Below are positions 34,647 to 45,231 of a stretch of 64,000 nucleotides of DNA, piece after piece. Under the pieces are notes generated by a model. That model did not search any database and was not told the DNA's origin. It worked only from the letters and a program-made list of their open reading frames with translations. The DNA is from an uncultured Planctomycetaceae bacterium (GTDB taxonomy: Bacteria > Planctomycetota > Planctomycetia > Isosphaerales > Isosphaeraceae). Numbering within the stretch: position 1 is the first letter of the stretch; each line of letters begins with the position of its first letter. The position numbers and the translations under genes are program-made. Where the stretch lies: the NCBI GenBank assembly GCA_963833985.1, contig CAWIAD010000002.1, forward strand, positions 192,001 through 256,000. Reading direction: 5' to 3'.

Positions 34647-35615
34647 TCACTCCTTGGCCAGAGTCATGCTCGTGAGCGTGTCGGTGGTCTGTTCGAGGTT
34701 TTGCCCCATCACCGAGATCGACATCTGAAGCTTGTCGTTGACCCTGGATGAAACGACACGGCCGGCCTGGGGATCAAACTGGTACGATCCCGTCCCCTTC
34801 TGAGAGCTGATCTTGGCGGCGATGTTGCTGTCGGCGGCTGGCTCCAGAGTCACCTTGGTGTCCAGCAGGACCTGTACCAGGCTGGGCTGCTCGGGTGCAG
34901 GGCCGTCGAAGGTGTACGTCTTGTCCATGACCATTGTACCCAGCTTCGGCAGTTCCATCCTCGCTTGATGGGTCCAGCTCTTGCCCTTATCCAGGGGTGC
35001 CTCGGCAAGGGTGAGTCCGGACTGACTGATCAACTGCTTCATCCCTTCCTCGCTGAACATGCCGCCTGCGGCCGCGGCTGGCCCCGCCTGGCGCAGCGTG
35101 TTCAGCAGCTTCTGCGGGACTTTGACGTCGCTCAGCTCGCCAACGCCGTTCATCTTAAAGGTGAACTCCGCGCCGACCAGAGCCTTCAGCATGGGTATAA
35201 GCATGGCTGCTGCCTGCCCCTCGGGCTCCTTGCCGGCCTGCGAGTCAAACTCGAAGGTGTTGCCCGGCGCCTCGATCTTGGTACGCACCCGGTCGATGGT
35301 TTGAGTCAGCTCGGCCACGCCGTCGGCAGCAACCGATTTGACGCTCCAGTGAAGGTTGACCTGCTGGTCGAGCTTGGTCTTGAATTCCTGCCCCATTGCC
35401 TTCATGGCTTGCGTGGTCTGCTGCTCCATCTTGTAATGCAAAGTTTCACCAGGCTTGAACTTCCAGCGCAGCGTCTCGGCCCCTTGAGCGGCCTGGACAA
35501 GGACCGCGGCTGGCAGCAGCAGGGCTGCACAGACCATCCGATGAAGGCCTGTTCGCGGGCTTCGCATGCGCCCGCCTTGAGGTTGTTCCGTCATTTTCCG
35601 CTGCATCGGTCTCAT
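34647..35615 (-). CDS. Exported hypothetical protein (DUF6263-like)
   Basis: Signal peptide followed by TLRWKFKPGETLHY; beta-rich; FD...GR.V.S C-terminal motif. Confidence 0.7.
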   Translation of the reverse strand: MRPMQRKMTEQPQGGRMRSPRTGLHRMVCAALLLPAAVLVQAAQGAETLRWKFKPGETLHYKMEQQTTQAMKAMGQEFKTKLDQQVNLHWSVKSVAADGVAELTQTIDRVRTKIEAPGNTFEFDSQAGKEPEGQAAAMLIPMLKALVGAEFTFKMNGVGELSDVKVPQKLLNTLRQAGPAAAAGGMFSEEGMKQLISQSGLTLAEAPLDKGKSWTHQARMELPKLGTMVMDKTYTFDGPAPEQPSLVQVLLDTKVTLEPAADSNIAAKISSQKGTGSYQFDPQAGRVVSSRVNDKLQMSISVMGQNLEQTTDTLTSMTLAKE

Positions 35616-35809
35616 CCTTTCGGTAGTTGATCACTCTGGCGGTGCACGCATCACCGCGAGGTTGCGCCGGGCTGGCCTGAAAGTCTTCAAGGCAAGTCGC
35701 ATTCCGACCGAAGGCCGCTCCCGACGTGAATCTTCCAAGGCGGGGCAGACCCGGGCCGTACGGATTGCCAGCATAGCCGGTTCAAGCGGTAAATCCATGG
35801 CCTGGCTGT

Positions 35810-36490
35810 TCAGTCGTCGATGTTCGTGTCGGGGGGAAGGGGTTGGATGGGGTTGATCGGTCCCCCCCGGTAGTGGTAGCGCAGCAGGTACGACATGAGA
35901 GCGAAGTCGTAAAGGGAGTGCGTGACCATGACAACCAGCAGGTTCCCGGTGAGCAGGTACGCGGCCCCCAGGTAGAGGCCCAGCACCGAGGTGACCACGA
36001 CGTAAGGCAGCGAGATGGGGTGGAGCAGGCCGAACAGCAGGCTGGCGATGACCAGGCCCCAGCCCGCCCCCAGCCAGGCGGTCAGCGACGACTGGAGCAC
36101 TCCGCGGAAGAGCATCTCCTCGCCGACCCCCGCCGACAGGGCAATCAGCGCCATGTCCGACCAGGCGCTGCCCGCCAGGAGTGGAATGAACTCGTCCTCA
36201 CAGAAGGATTTAATTTCTCTGAGCGGACCGATGGGCGAGCGGAGTGTGAGCAGGAAGAGGAGGATCATGGGGACGGCCGCCAGGGCGCCCCAGAGCGCAT
36301 CGGCCTGGTTCCAGGCGAACCGCGCCAGCGGGTTATGTCCCAGCCACCATCCCAGAAGCAATGAGAGCGGTGCCAGCCCGCCTTCGAAGAAGACCGCGAA
36401 CATGACGATCACATCGCGCCCCGGTTGATCGTCTTCGTTCTCGGCTTCCAAGAGGGCCTCCCGCTCCTCAACGGGACTGAAACTCTGCAT
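35810..36490 (-). CDS. CPBP (CAAX/Abi) intramembrane metalloprotease
   Basis: GVGEEMLFRG, FGLLH, HSLYD; CAGGAG before ATG 36490. Confidence 0.9.
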   Translation of the reverse strand: MQSFSPVEEREALLEAENEDDQPGRDVIVMFAVFFEGGLAPLSLLLGWWLGHNPLARFAWNQADALWGALAAVPMILLFLLTLRSPIGPLREIKSFCEDEFIPLLAGSAWSDMALIALSAGVGEEMLFRGVLQSSLTAWLGAGWGLVIASLLFGLLHPISLPYVVVTSVLGLYLGAAYLLTGNLLVVMVTHSLYDFALMSYLLRYHYRGGPINPIQPLPPDTNIDD

Positions 36491-36688
36491 GCTCGACTCC
36501 TGGAGGAACCGCGGCGTTTCCGTTCGTCGACGAATCAGGCACGGCATCGAACTTGACGTACTAAACAACCTAGCGGGTAGAACCGTGCTTGTCGACCCTC
36601 AAACTCCCAACCTTCCTCGCGGGCCGCAGGAGTGTCGTCATCTCACCGTGCCGGAACGTTCGCGGAAAACCATGGGTGCCCGGCTGCC

Positions 36689-38110
36689 TCACTGGCTGAC
36701 CGTCTTCTTGGAATGTGTGTCCGCCAGGCTCACACGGCACGGCTCGATGCCCTTGTGGCGGATCACGTAGAGCACCGCAACCTGGGTCTGGACCGCCTCG
36801 GGCTGCCGCAGGATGTAGAGGATGTTGTCCGGGCGAATCGTCTCCCAGTGATGTGTACCCACGTTCATACCGACCAGGATGTCGCCCTTCTGGATGGCCG
36901 CCTGGGCCGCCGGGCTCCCTGGCAGCACCGACTCGACCAGGAGGCCCCCGCGCAGTCGGGGAGAGACCGCCGAGACCCAGTCGGGCGAGACCACCATGGT
37001 TTTCAGCCCCAGGATCTCCCAGACCTGGTCGGACGGCTCCCTGGCCACAACGTTCATGCCGTGAGGCACAGGCTTCACCTCCAGCGGCAAGGTCTGGTCG
37101 GCGCCGTCCCGGCGAATCAGGAGGCTGGTCGCCCGGCCCGGATGGCTCTCGAGCAGGCCCCGCTCCACATCCAGCATGCTCGACACGGCCAGGTCGCCCA
37201 CGCGCAGCAGCTGGTCGCCCGTCTTGAACCCGGCGCTGGCGGCCGGGCTTTCGGGCTGAATCTCGGTGACCACCACCACGCGTCCGGCGCCACGGATCAT
37301 GTCGTCCACTACCAGCCCGTGCCAGGTGGAAGCGATGCGCCGGGTGCTGAGCATCTCGGCGGCAACCCGCTTTACCTCGTCGATGGGCAGGGCGAACCCG
37401 ATCCCCTGGGCGCCGGCACGGACCGCCACGTTGATGCCGATCAGCTCGCCATTGATATTGATGAGCGGTCCGCCGGAGTTCCCCGGATTGATGCTGGCGT
37501 CGGTCTGCACGAGGTTGCGATAAACCTGCTCGTCCGAAAGCGTCACGTCCCGGTGCAACGCACTGATGATCCCGACGGAGACCGTGTTCTCGTAGCCGAA
37601 GGCATTGCCTATGGTGATCACCGTCTCGCCCACCATGAGGTCGGCCGAGGTACCGATCGTGATCGCCCGCAAGGGACGCGCCGGCTCGACCTTCACCAGC
37701 GCCAGATCCATCACCGGATCGAACTGGAGGATGCGGCCGGGATATGTGGTTCCGTCGACAAGCTGGATCTCGATGCCCTGAACTTTGTCCACGACGTGAT
37801 GGTTCGTCAGGATGTAGCCGCGCGGGTCGACGATCACGCCGCTCCCCATACCGCTGATCCGGGACCGCTGATTCTCTTCTGCCGTGAATGGCCAGCGGCT
37901 GTTCGACGCCGCCTTCTTCTCGCTCGAGATGTTCACCACGCAGGAACGCGTCTTGTCCACGGCCTCGACAATGGGCGTCCGCCGCGTCCCGGACGCCGTC
38001 CCTGAACCTGCAACCGCCTGCACAGGGCAGAGCACAACGGCCACCAGGATGAGGGTCCGTGCGCACGCTCCGGCAACTTCCGCTCTGTGTCGCAACCACG
38101 GCATTGGCAC
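36689..38110 (-). CDS. HtrA/DegP-like trypsin serine protease with two PDZ domains
   Basis: GSGVIV, TNHHVV, DLALVK, INPGNSGGPL, SPAA..G PDZ motifs. Confidence 0.92.
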   Translation of the reverse strand: MPMPWLRHRAEVAGACARTLILVAVVLCPVQAVAGSGTASGTRRTPIVEAVDKTRSCVVNISSEKKAASNSRWPFTAEENQRSRISGMGSGVIVDPRGYILTNHHVVDKVQGIEIQLVDGTTYPGRILQFDPVMDLALVKVEPARPLRAITIGTSADLMVGETVITIGNAFGYENTVSVGIISALHRDVTLSDEQVYRNLVQTDASINPGNSGGPLININGELIGINVAVRAGAQGIGFALPIDEVKRVAAEMLSTRRIASTWHGLVVDDMIRGAGRVVVVTEIQPESPAASAGFKTGDQLLRVGDLAVSSMLDVERGLLESHPGRATSLLIRRDGADQTLPLEVKPVPHGMNVVAREPSDQVWEILGLKTMVVSPDWVSAVSPRLRGGLLVESVLPGSPAAQAAIQKGDILVGMNVGTHHWETIRPDNILYILRQPEAVQTQVAVLYVIRHKGIEPCRVSLADTHSKKTVSQ

Positions 38111-38608
38111 GGCGTCATCCCCACTGCGTTAAACTGAGGCGGATGCTAAAGTCACCCTGATCCGCGTGACCGATTCGACTCCCGGCACGGCGTCGTCGAT
38201 GGTCGTTGCTGCCTGGTTCTGGATCGGTTACCCCACTTTGCGGCTTGAACCTTGTCATATCGAAAACCCCCAGCTTTCCCTCTTGCCGTAATTACCCGTA
38301 ACATCCTAAAAGCTTGCCTACACCGAAGACTCAGCCGAGAAATCATCCCCCCGGTACGGGCCAATCTGCTGGTGACCTGTCACGCCGGCCCTTCGTCCGG
38401 GAGTATCTCTGCTGGCGAATGCCCTGGGCGGCGCTCGAACCGCGAAGCCGCAACCGATCCTGGACGGGTTGACTTCCGAGCGGTCGGAGGGCCACAACAG
38501 GTAATGGAGATCGAGAGCAGCCGCGAGAATCGGAACAGCTTGCGGCTCTGAGCGTCGCAGCAGTGCCTGGCCGGCAGGCGCGGATGATCAGTATGGGAGG
38601 TGCATTTT

Positions 38609-38930
38609 ATGGCGGAAAAATCGGCGCGACGGCAAAGTCTCGAGGCAAGCCTGGCGGAAGACCCCGCCGATACGTTCTTGCGCTATGGTCTGGCGATGCA
38701 GTGCTTGCGGGAAGGAGACATCGACGAGGGCCGGGCTCGCCTGCATGCGCTCATTGCCGAACACCCGGAGGACCAGATCGCCGCATACCAGCAACTCGGT
38801 CAGTCTTACCTGGAAACTGGTGAATCCGCCACCGCCGGAGAGATCTTGCGGACCGGCATCCAGCGCCGGGGTCCGGGGTGATTTCCATGCCGTTTCGGAG
38901 ATGGAAGGCCTGCTGGGCTCGTTGCCGTGA
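38609..38930 (+). CDS. Small TPR protein (frameshift near 38865)
   Basis: EDPADTFLRYGLAM, AAYQQLGQ; C-terminus GDFHAVSEMEGLL in the adjacent frame; GGAGG RBS. Confidence 0.75.
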
Positions 38931-39062
38931 CGGTTCCGGTCCGAAGGCAGCAGGCTGGTGCCAGTCAACCAGAAAGCACCCCGGCTCACGGACATCCCGA
39001 GAGCCAGCCGGGTTCTCTGCAACCCCGCGCAACATCGGTCATCCGAGTGTGAGGCAAATCGC

Positions 39063-40250
39063 GTGGAACCAGTGACGACAGCAGATGTTCGGACCGGGGG
39101 ATCGGCCGCCGGCGAGACGTCGGTTTTCACTTTTCCCAACCGCATCCTCTTTGGCATCGGGTCGAGATCGACCCTGCCCGCGGAGCTTCGGCAGCTGGGC
39201 GTTCGCCGGCCGCTCATTGTCACGGATGCCGGACTGGCGGGCTCCGGGATGGTCGCGCAGGTGATCTCCTTGCTCGGTCCGGCCCCCGTCTTCCCGGGTG
39301 TTCAGGGCAACCCCACGGAGGACGATGTGCTGCAAGGGCTGGAGCGCTACCGGAACGAAGACTGCGACGGCCTGATCGGCCTGGGAGGGGGAAGCTCGAT
39401 CGACGCTGCCAAGGCCATCCGCCTGCTGGCCACGCATCCCGGTACGCTCGCCGATTACGACTTCACTCAGGGAGGGCTGGACCGGATCACGGCCGATCTG
39501 CCGCCGATGCTGGCTGTTCCCACCACGGCGGGAACCGGCAGCGAAGCCGGACGCGGAACGCTCATCCAGCTTCCGGGCACCGGGCGCAAGACGATCGCGC
39601 TGAGCCCGCATCTGCTGCCAGGCACGGCCATTTGCGACCCCGAGCTGACGCGCTCGCTGCCGCCTGTCCTGACCGCGGCCACCGGCATGGATGCGCTTTC
39701 CCACTGCGTGGAAAGCTTCCTCTCACGCACGTTCCACCCCATCTGCGACGGGATTGCCGTCGAGGGCCTGCGATCCATCTTCAAGGGCCTCGAAACCGCC
39801 GTGCGCGACGGCGACAACATGGATGCACGCACTGCGATGATGACCGGAGCACTCCTGGGAGGCATCAGCTTCCACAAAGGACTCGGCGTGATTCACTCGC
39901 TCTCACACGCCCTCGGGTCGGAAGGGCGCGTGCACCATGGAACGCTGAACGCGATCCTCTTGCCACACGGCCTTAGGTTCAATCGCGAGCCGGCGGAGGC
40001 GCGCCTCAGCGAACTGGCAAGCCGGATTGGTCTGGGCCGCGGAGGGGACGGTGCCGGCCATCTTGTGACGCTTATGGAGCTGGTGCTCGCCCGGCTCCCC
40101 CTGCCGCGCCGGCTCCGCGACCTGGATGGACTGCACCGCGGCAAGATCAGCGCATACGCCCAGCTCGCGATGCTGGACCACTGCCACCGCACCAATCCCC
40201 GGCCGTGCACTCAGGCCGACATGGAGATGCTGCTCGAGCGGGCCTGGTGA
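39063..40250 (+). CDS. Iron-containing alcohol dehydrogenase
   Basis: GLGGGSSIDAAK, PTTAGTGSE, GMDALSHCVE, HSLSH, HGTLNA, NPR. Confidence 0.92.
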   Translation: MEPVTTADVRTGGSAAGETSVFTFPNRILFGIGSRSTLPAELRQLGVRRPLIVTDAGLAGSGMVAQVISLLGPAPVFPGVQGNPTEDDVLQGLERYRNEDCDGLIGLGGGSSIDAAKAIRLLATHPGTLADYDFTQGGLDRITADLPPMLAVPTTAGTGSEAGRGTLIQLPGTGRKTIALSPHLLPGTAICDPELTRSLPPVLTAATGMDALSHCVESFLSRTFHPICDGIAVEGLRSIFKGLETAVRDGDNMDARTAMMTGALLGGISFHKGLGVIHSLSHALGSEGRVHHGTLNAILLPHGLRFNREPAEARLSELASRIGLGRGGDGAGHLVTLMELVLARLPLPRRLRDLDGLHRGKISAYAQLAMLDHCHRTNPRPCTQADMEMLLERAW

Positions 40251-40433
40251 AAGGCACCGCGCAGGTGACCGGGGCTCATGCCGGACCAGTGGAATTCCGA
40301 ATCGTGATGCACCTCGTGCCATGGGAGGGGAGATGACCAGAGAGCCGGATGGCTCATGGTTCGCGAGGGCGCCATCGGCGCCCCAGTCCGTCAACATAGC
40401 TCCCTTCGGCCCCCGTGGCCAGCGTCAGTGCCG

Positions 40434-40548
40434 GCAGCAGGTTGCGGCAATCCGGCGGCTGAGGTCGGAGGGAGGGGAGATCGCGGTAATCGCGCGAGCC
40501 ACCGGGTGGTCCCGCACGCCGATCGACCGCATCCTGGGCGAAGAGTGT
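40434..40548 (+). pseudogene. Remnant of a resolvase/invertase C-terminal HTH
   Basis: QQVAAIRRLRSEGGEIAVIARATGWSRTPIDRIL resembles the Hin-type HTH; no catalytic domain upstream. Confidence 0.55.
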
Positions 40549-40690
40549 CAGGCTCATCTCTGGCCGGCGACGGAGGGCCGGCCAGGGACATGGCTTGCGT
40601 CACGAGGCCGATGTAAGCTGTGAGTTAGTATCGAGGCTTTCGAGGTGATGAGGGCACGGGCCGTCGGCGGCTTCAGGAGGCTCGGGCGTT

Positions 40691-41089
40691 ATGCATGAGG
40701 AAGAATATTGGGACCGTCTCGAATACCGGGTTTGCCAGGAAATCGCGGGGCTAAAACTAGCCGACTTCCGTGCATACTGGTGCGACGGATTCATCCCATT
40801 GACGTATGAATTTCCTGACCCGTCACCAAGGATCGTCGGTCGAGTCTGGATAGGCATAGGACCCCGAAGGCAGGAGGAATGGGAGTTCACATTGCTACTC
40901 GGTCGGCAAGCCGAGTCCCACGAGGCTATCGAATGGTCGGCCCTGCTTCCGGCACAAGATGTCACGAGGTGGCTTAGTATCGATCCCGTGGGCAAGCGAC
41001 TCGTAGTGGAGCCGACCGCTGCAGTGAAAGACGCGTCCGAATGCCTCGTGCGCGCAACGCCCCGACTGGGCCTAAATCATAAACGGTGA
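40691..41089 (+). CDS. Hypothetical protein
   Basis: CAGGAGG RBS, protein-like composition, lower GC. Confidence 0.7.
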   Translation: MHEEEYWDRLEYRVCQEIAGLKLADFRAYWCDGFIPLTYEFPDPSPRIVGRVWIGIGPRRQEEWEFTLLLGRQAESHEAIEWSALLPAQDVTRWLSIDPVGKRLVVEPTAAVKDASECLVRATPRLGLNHKR

Positions 41090-41113
41090 AATGTAGGTCA
41101 TCCGTTGCATTAT

Positions 41114-41527
41114 TCACCGACGCCCTTCGATCCTTGGGCTGATCCTTGCCCAGTCTCTGATGATCACCAGGAAGCCGGTCCAGAAAGCGAGGGGGCAGAT
41201 GACGATAATGAACAAGCCGACCGACGCTTGAGCCAGGAGTAGACCGAACGTAATGAAGCAAATGGCGATGATCCCTGCTCGGAGCCACGGTCGATCAACA
41301 GCCAGCACTGAATAGGTGCAAGTCCCAAGGGCAATTGCAGTTACGAACACCAATTCCGCCGATGTGGGCATCACACAGGACAGGGCCAGTAAGTGGGCCA
41401 AGGTCATGGCCGTGGCAGCGCTGGGCCTGACGCCCCCGCGAGTGAGCAGGTACGTGAACATGCCCGCTGCAATCGCAACTTTGGCGAGGACGTCGAGCAC
41501 TGAGAACCACGCAACAAGGTCCCCCAT
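41114..41527 (-). CDS. Hypothetical membrane protein
   Basis: Strongly hydrophobic 137-aa ORF. Confidence 0.6.
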   Translation of the reverse strand: MGDLVAWFSVLDVLAKVAIAAGMFTYLLTRGGVRPSAATAMTLAHLLALSCVMPTSAELVFVTAIALGTCTYSVLAVDRPWLRAGIIAICFITFGLLLAQASVGLFIIVICPLAFWTGFLVIIRDWARISPRIEGRR

Positions 41528-41665
41528 CGGTGAAAATCGCTCGGCCCAAGTTCCTTGGATGTGTCAGCGTCGGGCTCGACGCCCAACATCACTGCCTTCT
41601 GGCGGGTTGCGCCGCCTGCGGCGATTCACCCACCCCGTCCGGAATAACTGTAAGCTCTGTTCTCT

Positions 41666-41746
41666 AGTCGAGGCTTTCCGCCAAGGATTTGACGTAAGTC
41701 CTTAAACAACGTCCCCCATTTCGTCAATGCGATGGGGATACTCACC
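41666..41746. repeat. 81-bp dispersed repeat, copy 1
   Basis: 74/81 identical to 42944-43024. Confidence 0.9.
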
Positions 41747-42000
41747 GCCAAGTCGAAGAGTTCCGTGAAGCGGTCCTCACAGTTGAAGGCTTGCAAGACG
41801 AAGACGAGCGTTCCCCTGTTATGACGGTACTCGGGGCGAGCGATCGCTCGAAACAGAGCGTCCACCAGAGCCTCTGTAGGTACTTGGGCATGGAGGGCCG
41901 CGTGATTGCGTCGTCCGGGATCGGGGGATTCTATGGCAGTCAGGATTTGATCGAAGGACTCGTAATCGTCGTCTCTCGGCTTGAGCAGACATCGGATAGA
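41745..42000 (-). pseudogene. Truncated HEAT-like helical protein
   Basis: RRNHAAL...ALVDALFRAI..PE....RGTLVFVL; the helical pattern appears to stop at the 81-bp repeat. Confidence 0.45.
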
Positions 42001-42069
42001 TCCCTGATGTAGAAAGTCTCGAAAATAGATCACCCTTTCCGCACCAGAGAGTTCGCGGGTCCCGTTGCG

Positions 42070-42843
42070 TTAGCCGGTATACGAGGCCTCGGGCCAGCAA
42101 TGCAGGGGAGTCGGTGCGATCACGCAGCTTCCGATCCGTAGAGACAGACGGAACACAATCCAGAAGGACCCGACGAGGCTGAGTGCTAGAAGGGGGAGTA
42201 TGAACACTGGCCTCGACAGGAGATCACAGGCCCCGAACACGATCAGGGTTGAAAACCAGACAGCGAATCCGCTCAGCAGGGATGCGCCCGCCAATAGGGC
42301 CGCTGCACTGTTCGCGACCCGATGCGATGGCTGGACGGATCGAGGGGGCCACCCCTGGCTCCTCCGAGCTCGATTGCTCTCCGGTCCCACCCACACTTGA
42401 ACCCGACCGAAGAGTGCCGACGTGATCCCCATGGCCATCATGAACGCGAACGCCGCTCCGCCTCCAACGATGGTCAGCATAGCGGCCACAACTTGGCCCT
42501 CCAATGAAGCAACTTGCTTCGCCCCGCGCACGGATTTGGCCAAGATCAACACGGCCAACACCATGACGAGACCCGCAACACACGCCTTGACGAAGCCGAG
42601 TGCTGCCTGGAACCCCGCACAAGCGATGCTCCTCATACGCTGGTGGTCGAACCGCAGAAGCCAGACAGCCGTGAGGAAGTCTTCCCAACCGAATTTCATG
42701 CAGGCCACAGCGATGCCCAGCATCGAGTTGGCAGTGAGCTCGAACGCCGCTAGCCCCAGGATGAGAGGTAGGGACTGCCAGAGCAAGCCGAGACCCCAGC
42801 GGGGTAAAGCTCTGTCATCCGCATCATCGGCCCCACCGCTCAT
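42070..42843 (-). CDS. Hypothetical multi-pass membrane protein
   Basis: 257 aa with several TM-like segments. Confidence 0.65.
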   Translation of the reverse strand: MSGGADDADDRALPRWGLGLLWQSLPLILGLAAFELTANSMLGIAVACMKFGWEDFLTAVWLLRFDHQRMRSIACAGFQAALGFVKACVAGLVMVLAVLILAKSVRGAKQVASLEGQVVAAMLTIVGGGAAFAFMMAMGITSALFGRVQVWVGPESNRARRSQGWPPRSVQPSHRVANSAAALLAGASLLSGFAVWFSTLIVFGACDLLSRPVFILPLLALSLVGSFWIVFRLSLRIGSCVIAPTPLHCWPEASYTG

Positions 42844-42943
42844 GAAATTCGTCCAGCAACGACAAAGCTGTAAGAACCGGTTGTGGGATTACTGCCCACA
42901 TGTCTCCTGGCAAGCCTGTGTCCGTGGGGAAACTCTCGTTACA

Positions 42944-43024
42944 AGTCGTGGCTTTACGCCGAGGATTTTACGTAAGTCCTCAAACAACGTCCCCGATTTC
43001 GTCAATGCGATGGGGATATTCACC
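42944..43024. repeat. 81-bp dispersed repeat, copy 2
   Basis: 74/81 identical to 41666-41746. Confidence 0.9.
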
Positions 43025-43500
43025 CTTCACACATCGTACAATGATCAGCGCGCACGCCCGGTGGTCATCAGACGTCCATCTGTCTGGAGATCTCCATCCT
43101 CGAATGATACCGCGCAGGGACGCTCGTCGCACCAGCGCCGAACGGCGAACTTCGCCCGAGGATCAACGGCTTCCAATGCCGGGGCCGTGGCGGCCGCTTG
43201 GAAGGCCATCACGGTGCCTTCCGAGCCGAGCGCGCGTCGTTGCCTCACCGCCAAAGCCCTCGACGGGGCCGTGGACGCTTCCGGGATCGAGTAACGCCTC
43301 CCTGGCACAAATGGCTCCGGAGCCGTGATCCGACCGCTTCCTGGGGCGAGTTCGCTCATCGGGATAACGGCCGGTCTGCCCGGGACCATGCTTCGTGGAG
43401 CCGACCAAGCCGGTCAAGCTCCTCGGCATCGGCCCAGATGGCGCGATGTCTCCGACGGCCCACCCGCCGGACATGGATGTAGCCCTTCTTGAACAGTCCT

Positions 43501-44150
43501 TCAGCCGGTTGTCGCCCCGATCCACTCAATGCGGACCATCGCCTGCTCGGCGTTCCCGAGAATCGTCACGGTCACCCGCTCGATGAGGGCGCGAACGATC
43601 TCCTTGCGGTCTGCCGCAGGGGGTGTCGGCGGCGTTCCACAGGGCCGGGATGTCGGCGGCCAGGGCCCGGATGCGGCCGAGCTCCTCCGGGCCCGGCTTC
43701 CGGGGCGATTCGCGGCGGAATCGATCATAGCCCTCGCGGGCCTCCTGCTCGCTGCGCAGCGTTTCCTCCCAACGCCGCTCCAGCGTCCGGACGACCAGCC
43801 GGTTGTCCGGGTCGGCGGCTTCATTGCTCCGCTCCGCCAGGCGGGCTCCGTGGCCGGCCCGTTCTAGCTCCGCCTTCCAGTGCGCGTCCAGGCGAGCCCT
43901 CTGCCGCTCGATGTCCTCGGCCGCCGCCAGGCTCAGCTCGATTCCGGCGGGGGTCAGGGCCCGCAGCACCTGCTCGCTGACGGCCGCATCCAGGACCGCG
44001 ACGGTGATCCCGGAGCAAGGCCGGGGCTCGCCGTGCTGGCGGCGAGCGACGCAGTCGTGCCGCTGCCGCGAGCTGGCGCCGTAGAGCATCCCCTTGCGGT
44101 GGCCGCCATGCCCGCAGTACGCCAACCCCGTGTGCGGGGCGATGCCCTGC
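43501..44150 (-). pseudogene. C-terminal fragment of a large serine recombinase
   Basis: Decayed Zn-ribbon (YCGHGG...C), LDAAV, DPDNRLV..TLE.RWE, LAADIPALW, DRKEIVRALIERV; no catalytic N-terminus. Confidence 0.75.
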
Positions 44151-44355
44151 CGAGCGCGGGCCGGCGGGCGTCACACGGCGCGGGGAGGGACTGGACTGTT
44201 AACTGGTTGGAGCATGGCTCGTCTCCTCGGGGTGGATGCGTTCGGTAGAGCCGGCCGGCCAGTTCCAGGAGGGCCGACGCGGCGACAACCGAGACGTCAA
44301 CCGCTCCCGGAGATGACACGGGGTGGAGTTGCATTCTGTCGCAGATCTTTGTGTC

Positions 44356-45015
44356 TTAGCCAGCTTGCTTCCGGCAGCGACGCCGGGCCAAGACCGCGCC
44401 CGCCATCACGGCAACAAGACCCAGGCTGAGCGCCGGAGGTTCCGGAACTGCGGTGATGCTGAACGACAGCGATCCGCCGTTGGGAAGCGGTGCGTAGTTG
44501 AAGCCCGTGTCGTCCGCCGCGTACTGGTTGGCACCCGGCGTGGTGTCAAAACTGATGCTCCCGCTCCCTGAAGCGAGCGCCTCCAGCGTGAACGAGTAGT
44601 AAACACCGTTCTCGCTGATGGCCGGCGCGGAGCTGGAATTATTGAAGATGCCGATGGCGTTTCCTGGATTGAGCGAGGAGGTCGTGTCAAAGGCGGCGGG
44701 TTGCCCCGCGTAGAGGAAGACCGAACCGGACCCCGAGCCATACGTGGTGGTGAGCCCAGAGGCCGTACCGGGATTCGGGATTGTCTTGAACAGCGAGGAC
44801 GAGAACAGAATGCTCGTGTCCAGGTTGAAGATGAAATCACTCCCCACGGCGAGGCTGGTGATGTTGACATCAATCGTCACTTGCTCGCCCACCGTGAGAT
44901 GGCTCAGGTCCTGAGGCGAGGAGAGTGTGGCGATGGGGGTCGTGCCGGCGAAGGCACCTGGCGCTGCACACAGAAGTGCGGCAGCCAACGACAAGCAAAC
45001 AACCAATCGCATCAT
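44356..45015 (-). CDS. PEP-CTERM sorted surface protein (possibly cohesin-like)
   Basis: Signal peptide; C-terminal AVPEP, TM helix and RRRCRK. Confidence 0.85.
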   Translation of the reverse strand: MMRLVVCLSLAAALLCAAPGAFAGTTPIATLSSPQDLSHLTVGEQVTIDVNITSLAVGSDFIFNLDTSILFSSSLFKTIPNPGTASGLTTTYGSGSGSVFLYAGQPAAFDTTSSLNPGNAIGIFNNSSSAPAISENGVYYSFTLEALASGSGSISFDTTPGANQYAADDTGFNYAPLPNGGSLSFSITAVPEPPALSLGLVAVMAGAVLARRRCRKQAG

Positions 45016-45231
45016 CGAACGACCCCTCCGTCATTGGCTCTGCTGCAAGGACCGATTGCGGGACAAGCCATCCTGTCGAATGGCCACGGCTTGACCCGCG
45101 ACCGTGACAGCTTTGTAACAGGATCGGCTGCTGGCGTTCGTCTTTCAAGCGTGTTGTCGGGAAGCCACACTGGGAAGACGAGCGCGGCGGACTGTCGATT
45201 TCGAGCAGGAATCATACCGGAGAAACGTGCC

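Noticed and set aside
41068..41631. Two GGTGAAT-N32-TGAT(G)TT(A/G)GGC patterns flanking the 41114..41527 ORF on the minus strand
   Set aside because: The internal 32 nt are unrelated and only two instances exist; the first is better explained as a hairpin between convergent genes. Likely coincidence.
40600..42850. Integron cassette array
   Set aside because: No integrase. Only isolated GTTRRRY/TAAC-like boxes are present and I could not build a complete attC hairpin; ORFs are not all co-oriented.
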